A stretch of 64,000 bases of DNA, from NCBI RefSeq assembly GCF_963921235.1, contig NC_086101.1, positions 10,976,001-11,040,000 of the forward strand. The letters are read 5' to 3'. The notes beneath the pieces were generated by a model. That model saw nothing but the letters and a program-made list of their open reading frames with translations. It searched no databases and had not been told where the DNA came from. Source of the DNA: Mobula hypostoma. Its lineage: Eukaryota. A program made the position numbers and the translations under genes. Below are positions 25,801-36,081 of the stretch, one piece after another (position 1 is the first letter of the stretch; each line of letters starts with the position of its first letter).

Positions 25801-27520
25801 GATGTTTTTTTTGCCAAAATTTTTATATGTGTTTCAGGCATTACCAATTTTCGTTCCTAAATCTTTTTTTGATAAAGTTGACTCTAAAATTTCTTCATTT
25901 ATTTGGCAGAATAAGAATCCGAGACTGGGTAAAATACATTTACAGAAAGCTAAGAGAGATGGAGGTTTAGCATTACCTAACTTTAGATTTTATTATTGGG
26001 CTATTAATATTCGACATATGAAATTTTGGTTACTTGACCGGGACATACTATCTATTCCTAAATGGGTAGCATTGGAATTACAATCTGTTCAGGGTTATAC
26101 ACTTGGTTCTATTTTAGGTTCCTCTCTTCCTTTTGATTCGAAACGCCTTAAGCAGGTCTCTAACCCGATAGTTAAATATGCTTTGCGCATTTGGTTTCAA
26201 TTCAGAAAATTTTTTGATCTTAATCAAGTCGGGTTAGCGATTCCTATTTTAGGTAACATATTTTTTCCTCCCTCTTTTACGGATCGCGCTTTTCAAACTT
26301 GGAAGACTAAGGGTATTTTACGGTTTTTGGATTTATTTTTAGATGGTTCCCTTATGTCTTTTGAACAATTATCTAATAAATATAACTTATCAAGAATACA
26401 TTTTTTTAGATATTTACAAGTTAGAAATTTCCTAAGCACTATACTTTCTTCCTTTCCAATGCTTCCTCCTATATATATTTTAGATTCGATAATTAACCTT
26501 AATCCATGTCAGAAAGGTGCATCGGCTATGATTTATAATATTATTATGAAACTTAGGAAAGCTCCATTTGATAAGATTAGGGTAGATTGGGAACAGGAAT
26601 TGGGGCTTACCATTTCTGTGGATGATTGGGGGCAGATTTTACAATTAGTTAATACTTCCTCTATTTGTGCTAAACATTCCCTAATTCAATTTAAAGTGGT
26701 TCATAGAGCACATATGTCCAAAGATAAGTTAGCGCGTTTTTACTCGCATATTAATCCTTTCTGTGATAGATGTTCGGGGCAGATAGCCTCTTTAACTCAT
26801 ATGTTTTGGTCTTGCCCTACTTTGGAAACTTTTTGGAGAGATATTTTCAATATTATTTCTAAGGTATTAAATATAGATATCTCTCCTCACCCTATTACTG
26901 CTATCTTTGGACTACCTAAAATTTCTAGTTATCTTTCCCCTTCAGCCCGTAGAATGATTGCATTTCTTACTTTAATGGTGAAAAGATGTATTTTACAACA
27001 TTGGAAAGAGCTTAATGCTCCAACTACCTTTTTTTGGTTTTCTCAGACGATTTTATGTTTGAATCTGGAGAAAATTAGAAGTAACCTTTATGATTCTTCA
27101 TTTAAATTTGAACAGATTTGGGGACCTTTTATTCGATATTTTCATTTAATGTAATATTTACCCTTCTTGTTTTTTTTTCACTGTTTTAATGGAGGTCGGG
27201 ATTGAGGACGTGATTTTAAGTTTAACTCTGTTTGGTTTCAAGTTAGCCCATTGCTTTGCTTTGCTTTTAGTTAGTTGCACGGTGGGTTTTTTTTTGGGGT
27301 TTTTTTTTTCTTTTTTTTTCCATTGATATATATAAAATCTAGTATACTATTATGTTATCTTGGTTTCTTATGCTTAAATTACATTGTTTGTAGTATTTTC
27401 TTTTTGGTATTGTTATCTTTTGGAATTTTATTATACTTTAACATTGTATTAATGTTTATATGGCTTACCTTTTTTGTATACTTACTCAATAAAAAGATTT
27501 AAAAAGAAAGAAAGAAAGAA
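22862..27520 (+). mobile_element. L1/Tx1-clade LINE, 5'-truncated (no ORF1), recent insertion
   Basis: Perfect 12-bp TSD agaatattactg (22850-22861, 27521-27532); aataaa at 27488; (gaaa)n tail; intact ORF2. Confidence 0.95.
23378..27154 (+). CDS. L1/Tx1 ORF2p: APE endonuclease, reverse transcriptase and C-terminal zinc knuckle (1258 aa from the first ATG)
   Basis: SWNTNGL, LQETH, GDLN, SRIDY, SDHAP (APE); KAPGPDGF, LDAEKAFD, RQGCPLSP, LYADD (RT); CDRC...THMFWSC. No stops or frameshifts. Confidence 0.95.
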   Translation: MESIINFVSWNTNGLNHPIKRKKVFKVFRRLKAQILFLQETHVRRGDRLRFFKFWKGQQFHSNSNAKIRGVSIFIDSSVTFIQQDIISDPNGRFLLVSGLLFNKKVVLVNVYAPNMDCPEFYKSLFDQFPNLNEFSLIWGGDLNTCLSPALDRSAPLRTLPNKSANLINFFLSDSGSTDIWRFLHPQEKDFSFFSHVHHSYSRIDYFFIDSRLIPSVIKCDYDSITISDHAPLKLSIKIMANIPNNRQWRFNSLLLQDSDFVNFMNEQIELFFTINHTEDISVNTLWDTFKAYIRGQIISYSVALRKKQKQEEMAIVDKIKEIDKKYVMAPSEELYKQRTELQMEHSLLLSSSIVNQLKKTRSDFYVHSDKIGKLLANQLKSNYVKSQINQIYNQNDRLILDHVGINQTFCDFYSSLYQSESPRDSKYMNDFLDKLDFPQISQDMSSLLDTSITMDEIKNVIFSMNLGKAPGPDGFTVEFYKCFASLLIPWLYKVFEASLKLGKLPESFNRASISLILKKDKDPAQCASYRPISLLNVDSKVFSKLLANRLEKVLPSIISEDQTGFIKGRYSFYNIRTLLNIVYTPSQNVPECVISLDAEKAFDRVEWPYLFKVLEMFNFSLKFISWIKLLYHSPVASVRTNSLNSPFFPLFRGTRQGCPLSPLLFDIALEPLAIAIRESSNITGITRGLKSHKLSLYADDLLLYISNPERSIPAVLELLAQFGLFSGYKLNLSKSELFPINKHLPLYYKFPFKLINNYFSYLGIKITCKHKDLFKTNFLPLIDHITQLSSKWFPLYLTLIGRINAVKMFFLPKFLYVFQALPIFVPKSFFDKVDSKISSFIWQNKNPRLGKIHLQKAKRDGGLALPNFRFYYWAINIRHMKFWLLDRDILSIPKWVALELQSVQGYTLGSILGSSLPFDSKRLKQVSNPIVKYALRIWFQFRKFFDLNQVGLAIPILGNIFFPPSFTDRAFQTWKTKGILRFLDLFLDGSLMSFEQLSNKYNLSRIHFFRYLQVRNFLSTILSSFPMLPPIYILDSIINLNPCQKGASAMIYNIIMKLRKAPFDKIRVDWEQELGLTISVDDWGQILQLVNTSSICAKHSLIQFKVVHRAHMSKDKLARFYSHINPFCDRCSGQIASLTHMFWSCPTLETFWRDIFNIISKVLNIDISPHPITAIFGLPKISSYLSPSARRMIAFLTLMVKRCILQHWKELNAPTTFFWFSQTILCLNLEKIRSNLYDSSFKFEQIWGPFIRYFHLM

Positions 27521-28230
27521 AGAATATTACTGGCAATGGTGTACTTGCTAAGTGAGAGGCTTTCAAAAGGGAAACTTTGAGAGTACAGAGATTGTATGTC
27601 CCTGTCAGAATAAGAGGCAGGGATAACAGGTTTAAAGAACATTGTTTTGAAGAGATATTGTGATCCTAGTTAAGAAAATGAAGGAGGTACATAACAGGTA
27701 TAGGCAGGCAGGAACAAATGAGGTACTTCAGGAGTGGAAGAGTTGCAAGAAGAAAATCAGGAGGGCTAAAGAAGACACGTGGAAGATCAGAGTGGTATCC
27801 ACGCATGGAGCGGACAGAAATGTGGGAGATCTTAAATGGATTTTTGCATCAGTATTTACTCAAGAGAGAGACAGAATCTATTGACGTGAGCTGTGCAGTA
27901 GTGAGGTAATGAACCCAATAAAGATTATGGAGGAGGAGGTGTTTGCTGTCTTGAGGCAAATTAGGATGGATAAACACAGGATGTTCTCTCAGAGATATTT
28001 TAAACATCTTTAGCCATGGGTGAGGGGCCAGAGGATTGGAGGATAGCTGATGTTATTTAAGAAAAAGCCAGGAAATCATAGGCATCTGAGCCTGACATCA
28101 GTAGTGGGAAAGTTTTTGGGAAGTATTCTAAGGGATCGGATATAAAATTATTTGGACAGACAGTGACTGATTCGGGATAGCCAATATGGCTTTGTGTGTG
28201 ATAAATTTGTCTAACCTATCTTATAGGTGA

Positions 28231-30750
28231 ATGCTAAGAGCTAATGCTAAGAAGGCGCTCTGTGAACTTTATGGGGCTGTTAGCGATCTGCAGAACGCAC
28301 ACCCTGATGGACTGTTTATTGTCGCTGGAGATTTCAACCACGCAAACCTCAAGACAGTGCTCCCCAAATTCCATCAGCATGTAGACTTTGCAACGAGAGG
28401 GGCGAATGCATTAGACCTTGTTTATACAAACATTCCTGATGCATACCGCAGAGCCCTGCCCCCACCTCGGTTACTCAGACCACATCTCTGTTATGCTAAT
28501 CCCAGCATACAGACCGCTCGTCAGACACTCCAGACCAGTTCAGAAGCAGGTGAAAACCTGGCCAGCTGGAGCCATCTCTACTCTTCAAGACTGCCTTGAG
28601 CACACTGACTGGCACATGTTCAGGGAGGCTGCAACCGATGGCGACTCCACCAACTTAGAGGAGTACATGGCATCAGTGACTAGCTACATCAGAAAGTGCA
28701 TCGATGATGTCACTGTGGCCAAGACCATCACTACACGCACTAACCAGAAGCCTTAGATGACCGCTGAGGTGCGTGCGTGGCTGAGGATCAGAGACTCCGA
28801 CTTCAGAACCGGCAACAAGGCAGCCCTAACAGTAGCGAGGGCCAAACTGTCCCAGGCCATCAGAGAGGCAAAGTGTGCACACACCCAGCGAATCCACAGC
28901 CGCTTCCAGGACAGCGGTGACACGCGGCGCATGTGGAAGGGCATTCAGGACATCACCAACTACAGGACAACACCACCTGACTGTGCAGGTGATTCCTCCC
29001 TCCCAGATGCACTGAACAACTTCGATGCTTGTTTCAAGATGGAAAATGACGAGGTGGCAAGGAAGACCACCCCTCCTCCGAATGACCAGGTGCTGTGTCT
29101 CACCGTGGCCAATCTGAGGAAAGCCCTATGCAGGGTCAACCCACAGAAGGCTGCTGGACCAGACAATATTCCAGGCAGAGTGCTCAGAGGATGTGCAGAC
29201 CAGCTGGCAGATGTTCTCACTGACATCTTCAACATCTCCCTGAGCAGCACCATCGTTCCCATGTGCTTCAAGGCTGCCACCATCATCCCAGTGCCGAAGA
29301 AGTCTTCAGTATCCTGCCTCAGTGACTACCATCCAGTTGTACTCACATCCATCATCATGAAGTGTTTCGAGAGGCTCGTCATGAGGCACATCAAGACCCT
29401 GCTGTCCCCCTCACTGGATCCCCTGCAGTTCGTGTACCGTCCCAACTGTTCAACAGACAACGCCATCGCCACCACCCTCCACCTGGCCCTCACTCACCTG
29501 GACAAAAAAGACACGTACGTTCGAATGCTGTTCATAGAATTCAGTTCAGCATTCAACACAATAATTCCTCAGCACCTGATTGGAAAGCTGAAACTGCTGG
29601 GTCTGAACACCTCCCTCTGCAATTGGATCCTAGACTTCCTGACTGGGAGACCTCAGTTAGTCCGGATCGGGAGCAGCATCTCCAACACCATCACACTGAG
29701 CATGGGGGTCCCCCAAGGCTGTGTGCTCAGTCCACTGCTGTTCACTCTGCTGACCCACAACTGTGCTGCAACACACAGCTTGAACCACATCATCAAGTTC
29801 GCCGATAACACGACTGTTGAGGGTCTCATCAGCAAGAATGATGAGTCAGCATACAGAGAGGAGGTGCAGCAGCTAACGGACTGGTGCAGAGCCAACAACC
29901 TGTCTCTGAATGTGAACAAAACAAAAGAGATCGTTGTTGACTTCAGGAGGACACAGAGTGACCACTCTCCGCTGAACATCGACGACTCCTCCGTAGAGAT
30001 CGTTAAGAGCACCGAATTTCTTGGTGTTCATCTGGCGGAGAATCTCACCTGGTCCCTCAACACCAGCTCCATAGCCAAGAAAGCCCAGCATCGTCTTTAC
30101 TTTCTGCGGAGGCTGAGAAAAGTCCATCTCCCACCCCCCATCCTCACCACATTCTACAGAAGTTGTATTGAGAGCATCCTGAGCAGCTGCATCACTGCCT
30201 GGTTCGGAAATTGCACCATCTTGGATCGCAAGACCCTGCAGCGGATAGTGAGGTCAGCTGAGAAGATCATCGGGGTCTCTCTTCCCGCCATTACAGACAT
30301 TTACACCACACGCTTCATCCGCAAAGCTAACACCATTATGAAGGAACCCACGCACCCCTCATACAAACTCTTCTCCCTCCTGCCATCTGGCAAAAGGCAC
30401 CGAAGCATTTGGGCTCTCACAACCAGACTGTGCAACAGTTTCTTCCCCCAAGCCATCAGACTCCTCAATACCCAGAGCCTGGACTGACACCAACCTGGTG
30501 CCCTCTACTGTGCCTATTATCTTGTTTATTATTTATTGTACTGTCTTGCACTGTTTTGTGCACTTTATGCGGTTCTGTCTAGGTCTGTAGTCTAGTGTAG
30601 TTTTGTGTTGTTTTACATAGTCCAGTGTAGTTTCTGTGTTGTTTCATTTGGCACCATGGTCCTGAAATCTTGTCTCATTTTTACTATGACTGTACCAGCA
30701 GTTATAGTCGATATGACAATAAGACTGACTTGACTTGATTTGACTTGACC
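28231..30750 (+). mobile_element. Rex1/Babar LINE, 5'-truncated and inactivated
   Basis: EN end (VAGDFNHANL, SDHISV), frameshift near 28447, KPW to KP* at 28756. The 576-aa RT frame has catalytic FADD changed to FADN. (gactt)n tail. Confidence 0.9.
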
Positions 30751-32170
30751 AGAGATTTTGAGGAAGTTACAAAGTCGATGAAGGCAAGGCAGTGGATGTT
30801 GTCTACATCCACCTTCGCAAGGCCTTTGAGAAGGTCCTGCATGGTAGTTTGGTCAAGAAGGTTCAGTCGATTGGCTTTCAAGATTGCAAGAGACATTGAT
30901 TTCTCATTTGAAGTCAGGGAGCATTGTAGGTGGCTGCCTCTCTGACTGGAGGCCTGTATCTGGTGGACTGCCACAGGGATCGGTGCTGTGTACTTTGTTG
31001 TTTGTCATCCATATCAACAAACTGGATGATAATGTGGTAAACTGCATCATCAATGAGGGATGGCATCAGGATTGGGGGTTACTGCACAGTGATAAAGACA
31101 ATCAAAGCTTAAAGCATATCGGGAAGACCTGGAAAAATGGGATGAAAAATGGCAGATACGGTTTAATACAGACAAGTGCCAGGTGTTGCTCTTCAGTAGA
31201 ACCAACCAGGGTTGGTGTTACACAGTGAGTGGTTGGGCACTGAGGAGTGTGGTAGAACACTGGGAATACAGTCCATAATTCTTTGAAAATGGTGTTTCAA
31301 GTAGATAGGGTCATAAAGAAAACTCTTTGGCATATTGGCCTTCATACATCAATGTATTGAGTACAAGAGTGGGATGTTAGGTAGAAATTGACTAAGATCT
31401 TTGTGCTGACCAAGTTGAAGTATTGGGTCCGGTTTTGATCACCTGCCTACGGGAATGATGTGAATCAGATTGAAAGAGTGGAGAGAAAATTTACGAGGAA
31501 GTTACTGAAACCTGAGCCCCTGTGTTGTGGGGCGAGATTGAATTGCCTTGAACTTTATTCACTGGAATGTAGATGATTCAGGGGAGATTTTACAGAGGTA
31601 TACAAAATAATGAGGGGATTTCCCACACTGATCATTGAGCCTGGAATTCTACTCTGATCCTATTACCCTGGGCCAACTTATAGAAATTTCAAGTAGTAAT
31701 CTGGATGATTATTTTTATAGATCTTTTTAAATTAGACTACACCTGTGACATCAACAGAACTTTCATCTTGGGCACAGCAATGTCAATAGTTCACAGGTAG
31801 GTCAATGCAGCAGTTGCTAATGCTTTGGGAAATGTTTTGTAATGCTAATGTCTTTGCAAATGTTCCAATTTGTATCCACTCAGATGGAATTTATGTTTCA
31901 CCTGAGTGTCAAAGGATTGAAAATATCTGTGTTGATGTCCAACCCAAATGGACAAGTTGTGGATTCAATTGGCCTTTAATGGTGTGCCAGATTTAAAAGA
32001 TGCACCAACAGCAAAATTGTCACTTACAGGAGACTTTGTTTAAAAACAAGTGACAGTCTTCAACAGGCATATGATTTTGGCAAAGACATGATGGAGATAA
32101 ACTATTCTTTGGTGGTTAGGTTTTCAGGAGAAATTAGATCACCTTAGATCAAACATCATAATTCACAAAC

Positions 32171-32449
32171 CTGATATTGTAATAATTGCCGTATGTTCTA
32201 TTTTCAAATGTTTGCTCCTGATAATACACTTCAGTTTGCCTGATGATTGTCTCGTTACTCCAACACTGCTCTCAACATTTACTAGACCCGAGTCTCTGTG
32301 GTACTTTGTCTCAGCCTCTGTTAATGCATTCCCATCGCCACCGATCCACTGGATCTCCGGCTCAGGATTCCATCCACTGGATTTACACACAAGCTGGATT
32401 CCCGCTCCATGGTATCCCTTCATCTGAATCCGAGGTTCACTCCCCGAAC
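32171..32449 (-). CDS. Ig constant-type (IgC) exon of a butyrophilin/B7-family membrane protein
   Basis: 279-bp phase 1-1 exon, acceptor ctgaag|GTTCGG, donor ATATCAG|gtttgt. Translation GSGSEPRIQMKGYHGAGIQLVCKSSGWNPEPEIQW...KLKCIIRSKHLKIEHTAIITIS carries the BTN-type 'C.SSGW.PEP.I.W' motif and the second Ig Cys. Confidence 0.9.
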
Positions 32450-32949
32450 CTTCAGTTAATGACAGATGGAGAAACAATAGTTATTCAGAAAAATGCAACA
32501 TGAATTCATAAAACATAAATATTAAATCTGCTTGCAATCACGTTTATTGATTTCTAACCTTTTCTAGTTCATCAACTTAAGACATTAACTGTTTTTCTCT
32601 CTGCAGATGCTCTCTGATGAAGTACGTAAGTATTGGAAGCTGAATTCAGACAGGAAGTTTCAGGAATATAAAGAAAGCCAGAAAGAACACACACAAGGAA
32701 TAAGGAGGGTGAAAAGTGGACATGAAATGCCATTGGCAATTAGAATTAAAGAAAATACCAAGGCATTTTTTATGTACATTAAAAGCAAAAGGGTAACAAA
32801 ACTTTTTCACTTAGGATTAGATTATGGAAGATAGTGAAATCAGTCTGGGAAATCCTACTATGCCAGGACATTATGAAATAAAGAAGAAGGTGGCTTTAGG
32901 TCTTTCAAAGAGAAATAAAGTGGATAAATCCCCAGGGCCTGTGGGATCT

Positions 32950-34175
32950 ATCTCCACAATAGGTCAACAACAGATGCAATCTCAATGGCTCTTCACGCGG
33001 CCTTAGACCACCTAGACAATACAAACACCTATGTCAGGATGCTGTTTATCGACTATACCTCAGCATTCAACACCAACATTCCCAAAATCCTGACTGAGAA
33101 GTTACAGAATCTGGGCCTCTGTACCTTTCTCTGCAATTGGAACCTCGACTTCCTAACTGGAAGACCACAATCTGTGTGGATTAGTGATAATATCTCCACC
33201 TCACTGACAATTAACACTGGCGCACCTCAGGGGTGTGTGCTTAGCCACTGCTCTACTCTCTCTATACCCATGACTGTGTGCCTGGGCATAGCTCAAATAC
33301 CAACTATAAATTTGCTGATGATATAACCATTGTTGGTAGAATCTCAAATGCAGATGAGAGGGTTACAGGAGCGAGATATGCTAACTAGTGGAGTGGTGTC
33401 AGAGCAACAACCTTGTACTCAACGTCAGTACAACGAAAGAGCTGATTGCGGACTTCAGGAAGGGTAAGACGAAGGAATACACATTAATCCTCATAGAGGG
33501 ATCAGAAATGGAGAGAGTGAGCAATTTCAAGTTTCTGGGTGTCAAGATCTCTGAGGATCTAACCTGGTCCCAACATATCGAGGCAGTTATAAAGAAGGCA
33601 AGACAGCGACTACACATCATTAGGAGTTTGAAGAGATCTGGTATGACAACAAAAACAATCAAAAACTTTGTAGATTTACCATGGAGAGCATTCTCACAGG
33701 CTGCATCGCTGTCTGGTATGGGGGGTTACTGACAGGACAGAAAGAAGCTGCAGAAGGTTGTAAATTTCATTGGCTCCATCTTGGGTACCAGTCTACAAAG
33801 TACCCAGGAAGTACATCTTCAAGGAGCGGTGTCTCAGAAGGGCAGCATCCATTATTAAGGAGCTCCAGCACCCAGGGCATGCCCTTTTCTCACTGTTACC
33901 ATCAGACAGGAGGTACAGAAGCCTGAAGGCACACACTCAGTGATTTAGGAACAGCTTCTTCCCCTCTGCCATCGGATTCCTAAATGGACATTGAATCCAT
34001 GAATACTAGCTCACTTTTTTAATATATATTATTTCTGTATTTGCATGATTTTTAATCTATTCAATACAGTATAGGTATATTGTAATTGATTTATTTTTTT
34101 CCCTCTTCTTCTATATTATGTATTACATTGAACTGCTGCTGTTCAGTTAACAAATTTCACGACACATGGCGATAA
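32950..34175 (+). mobile_element. Rex1/Babar LINE 3' fragment
   Basis: [41 protein letters not shown]. Confidence 0.85.
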
Positions 34176-36045
34176 TAGATGGGTTACACTTGAACTACAA
34201 GGGGACCAATATCCTTTCAGGGAGGTTTGTTATTGCTATTGGGGAGGCTTTAAACTAGATTTGCAGGGGGATGGGAACCAGAGTGCCAGAGCTGACAGTG
34301 GGGCTCGGGTGAAAATAAATGATGTTAAAAGTTCAAGCAAAATCGCAAACAGAAAGGTTGTGAGTGGTGGTGAAAATCTTCTAAGGTGTATATATTTCAA
34401 TGCTAGGAGTATTGCGGGGAAGGTGGATGAGTTGAGGGCATGGATTGACACGTGGAATTATGACGTTATAGCAATTAGTGAAACTTGGCTACAGGAGGGG
34501 CAGGACTGGCAGCTTAATATTCCAGGGTTCCAATGTTTCAGATGTGATCGAGGCAGAGGAATGAAAGGTGGGGGAGTGGCATTGCTTGTCAGGGAAAATG
34601 TTACAGCAGTGGTCAGGAAGGACTGATTAGAGTGCTTGTCTACTGAGTCCTTATGGGTGGAGCTGAGAAACAGGAAAGGTATGGCCACATTAGTGGGGTT
34701 GTATTATAGACCACCCAATAGTCAGTGAGAATTGGAGGAGCAAATCTGCAGAGAGATAGCAGGAAACTGCAGGAAACATAAAGTTGTGGTAGTAGGGGAT
34801 TTTAATTTTCCACATATTGATTGGGACTCCCATACTGTTAGGGGTCTAGATGGGTTAGAGTTTGTAAAATGTGTTCAGGAAAGTTTTCTAAATCAATATA
34901 TAGAGGTACCAACTAGAGGGGATGCAATATTAGATCTCCTGTTAGGAAACGAGTTAGGACAAGTGACAGAAGTGTGTGTAGGGGAGCACTTGGGTTCCAG
35001 TGATCATAACACCATTAGTTTCAACTTGATCATGGATAAAGATAGATCTGGTTCTAGGGTTGAGGTTCTACACTGGAAGGCGGCCAAATTTGAAGAAATG
35101 AGATAGGATCCAAAAAGCGTGGATTGGGACAGGTTGTTCTCTGGCAAGGATGTGATCGGTAGGTGGGAGGTCTTCAAAGGAGAAACTTTGAGAGTGCAGA
35201 GCTTGTATGTTCCTGTCAGGATTAAAGGCAAAGTGAATAGGAAAAAGGAGCCTTGGTTCTCAAGGGATATTGCAACTCTGATAAAGAAGAAGAGAGAGTT
35301 CTATGATATGTATAGGAAACAGGGGGTAAATCAGGTGCTTGAGGAGTATAAAAAGTGCAAGAAAATACTTAAGAGGAAATCAGGAGGGCTAAAAGAAGAC
35401 ATGAGGTTGCCTTGGCAGTCAAAGTGAAGGATAATCCAAAGAGCTTTTACAGGTATATTAAGAGTAAAAGGATTGTAAGGGATAAAATTGGTCCTCTTGA
35501 AGATTGGGGTGGTCGGCTATGTGCGGAACCAAAAGAAATGGGGGAGATCTTAAATGGGTTTTTTGTGTCTGTATTTACTAAGGAAACTGGCATGAAGTCT
35601 ATGGAATTAAGGGAAACAAGTAGTGAGATCATGGAAACTGTACAGATTGAAAAGTAGGAGGTGCGTGCTATCTTGCGGCAAATTAAAGTGGATAAATTCC
35701 CAGGACCTGACAGGGTATTCCCTCAGACCTTGAAGGAGACTAGTGTCGAAATTGCGGGGGCCTTGGCAGATATATTTTAAATGTCGGTGTCAATGGGTGA
35801 AGTGCCAGAGGATTGGAGAATGGCTCATGTTGTTCCATTGTTTAAAAAGGGATCGAAAAGTAATCTGGGAAATTATAGGCCGGAGTTTGACATCGGTAGT
35901 GGGTAAGGGAGTACTAAGAGATAGAATCTACATGCATTTAGATAGGCAAACAACAGGAATTCTGCAGATGCTGGAAATTCAAGCAACATACATCAAAGTT
36001 GCTGGTGAACGCAGCAGGCCAAGCAGCATCTATAGGAAGAGGTGC

Positions 36046-36081
36046 AGTCGACGTTTCAGGCCGAGACCCTTCGTCAGGACT
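36046..36081 (-). ncRNA. Minimal type I hammerhead ribozyme motif, intact core
   Basis: AGUC-CUGACGA-AGG guuc-type loop (GUCUCGG) CCU-GAA-ACGU-C-GACU: stem I AGUC/GACU, core CUGANGA and GAAA, palindromic ACGU stem III, GUC cleavage triplet. Confidence 0.8.

Larger units (their letters stand above)
21090..31620 (+). mobile_element. Old CR1 LINE split by three later insertions (CR1, L1/Tx1, Rex1)
   Basis: Pieces 21090-21140, 22497-22861, 27521-28227 and 30750-31620 are colinear CR1 ORF2 (EN, linker, RT). Confidence 0.75.

Noticed and set aside
28757..30487. 576-aa RT ORF as an active or domesticated gene
   Set aside because: Upstream stop and frameshift, catalytic FADD changed to FADN; an ordinary decayed Rex1 copy.
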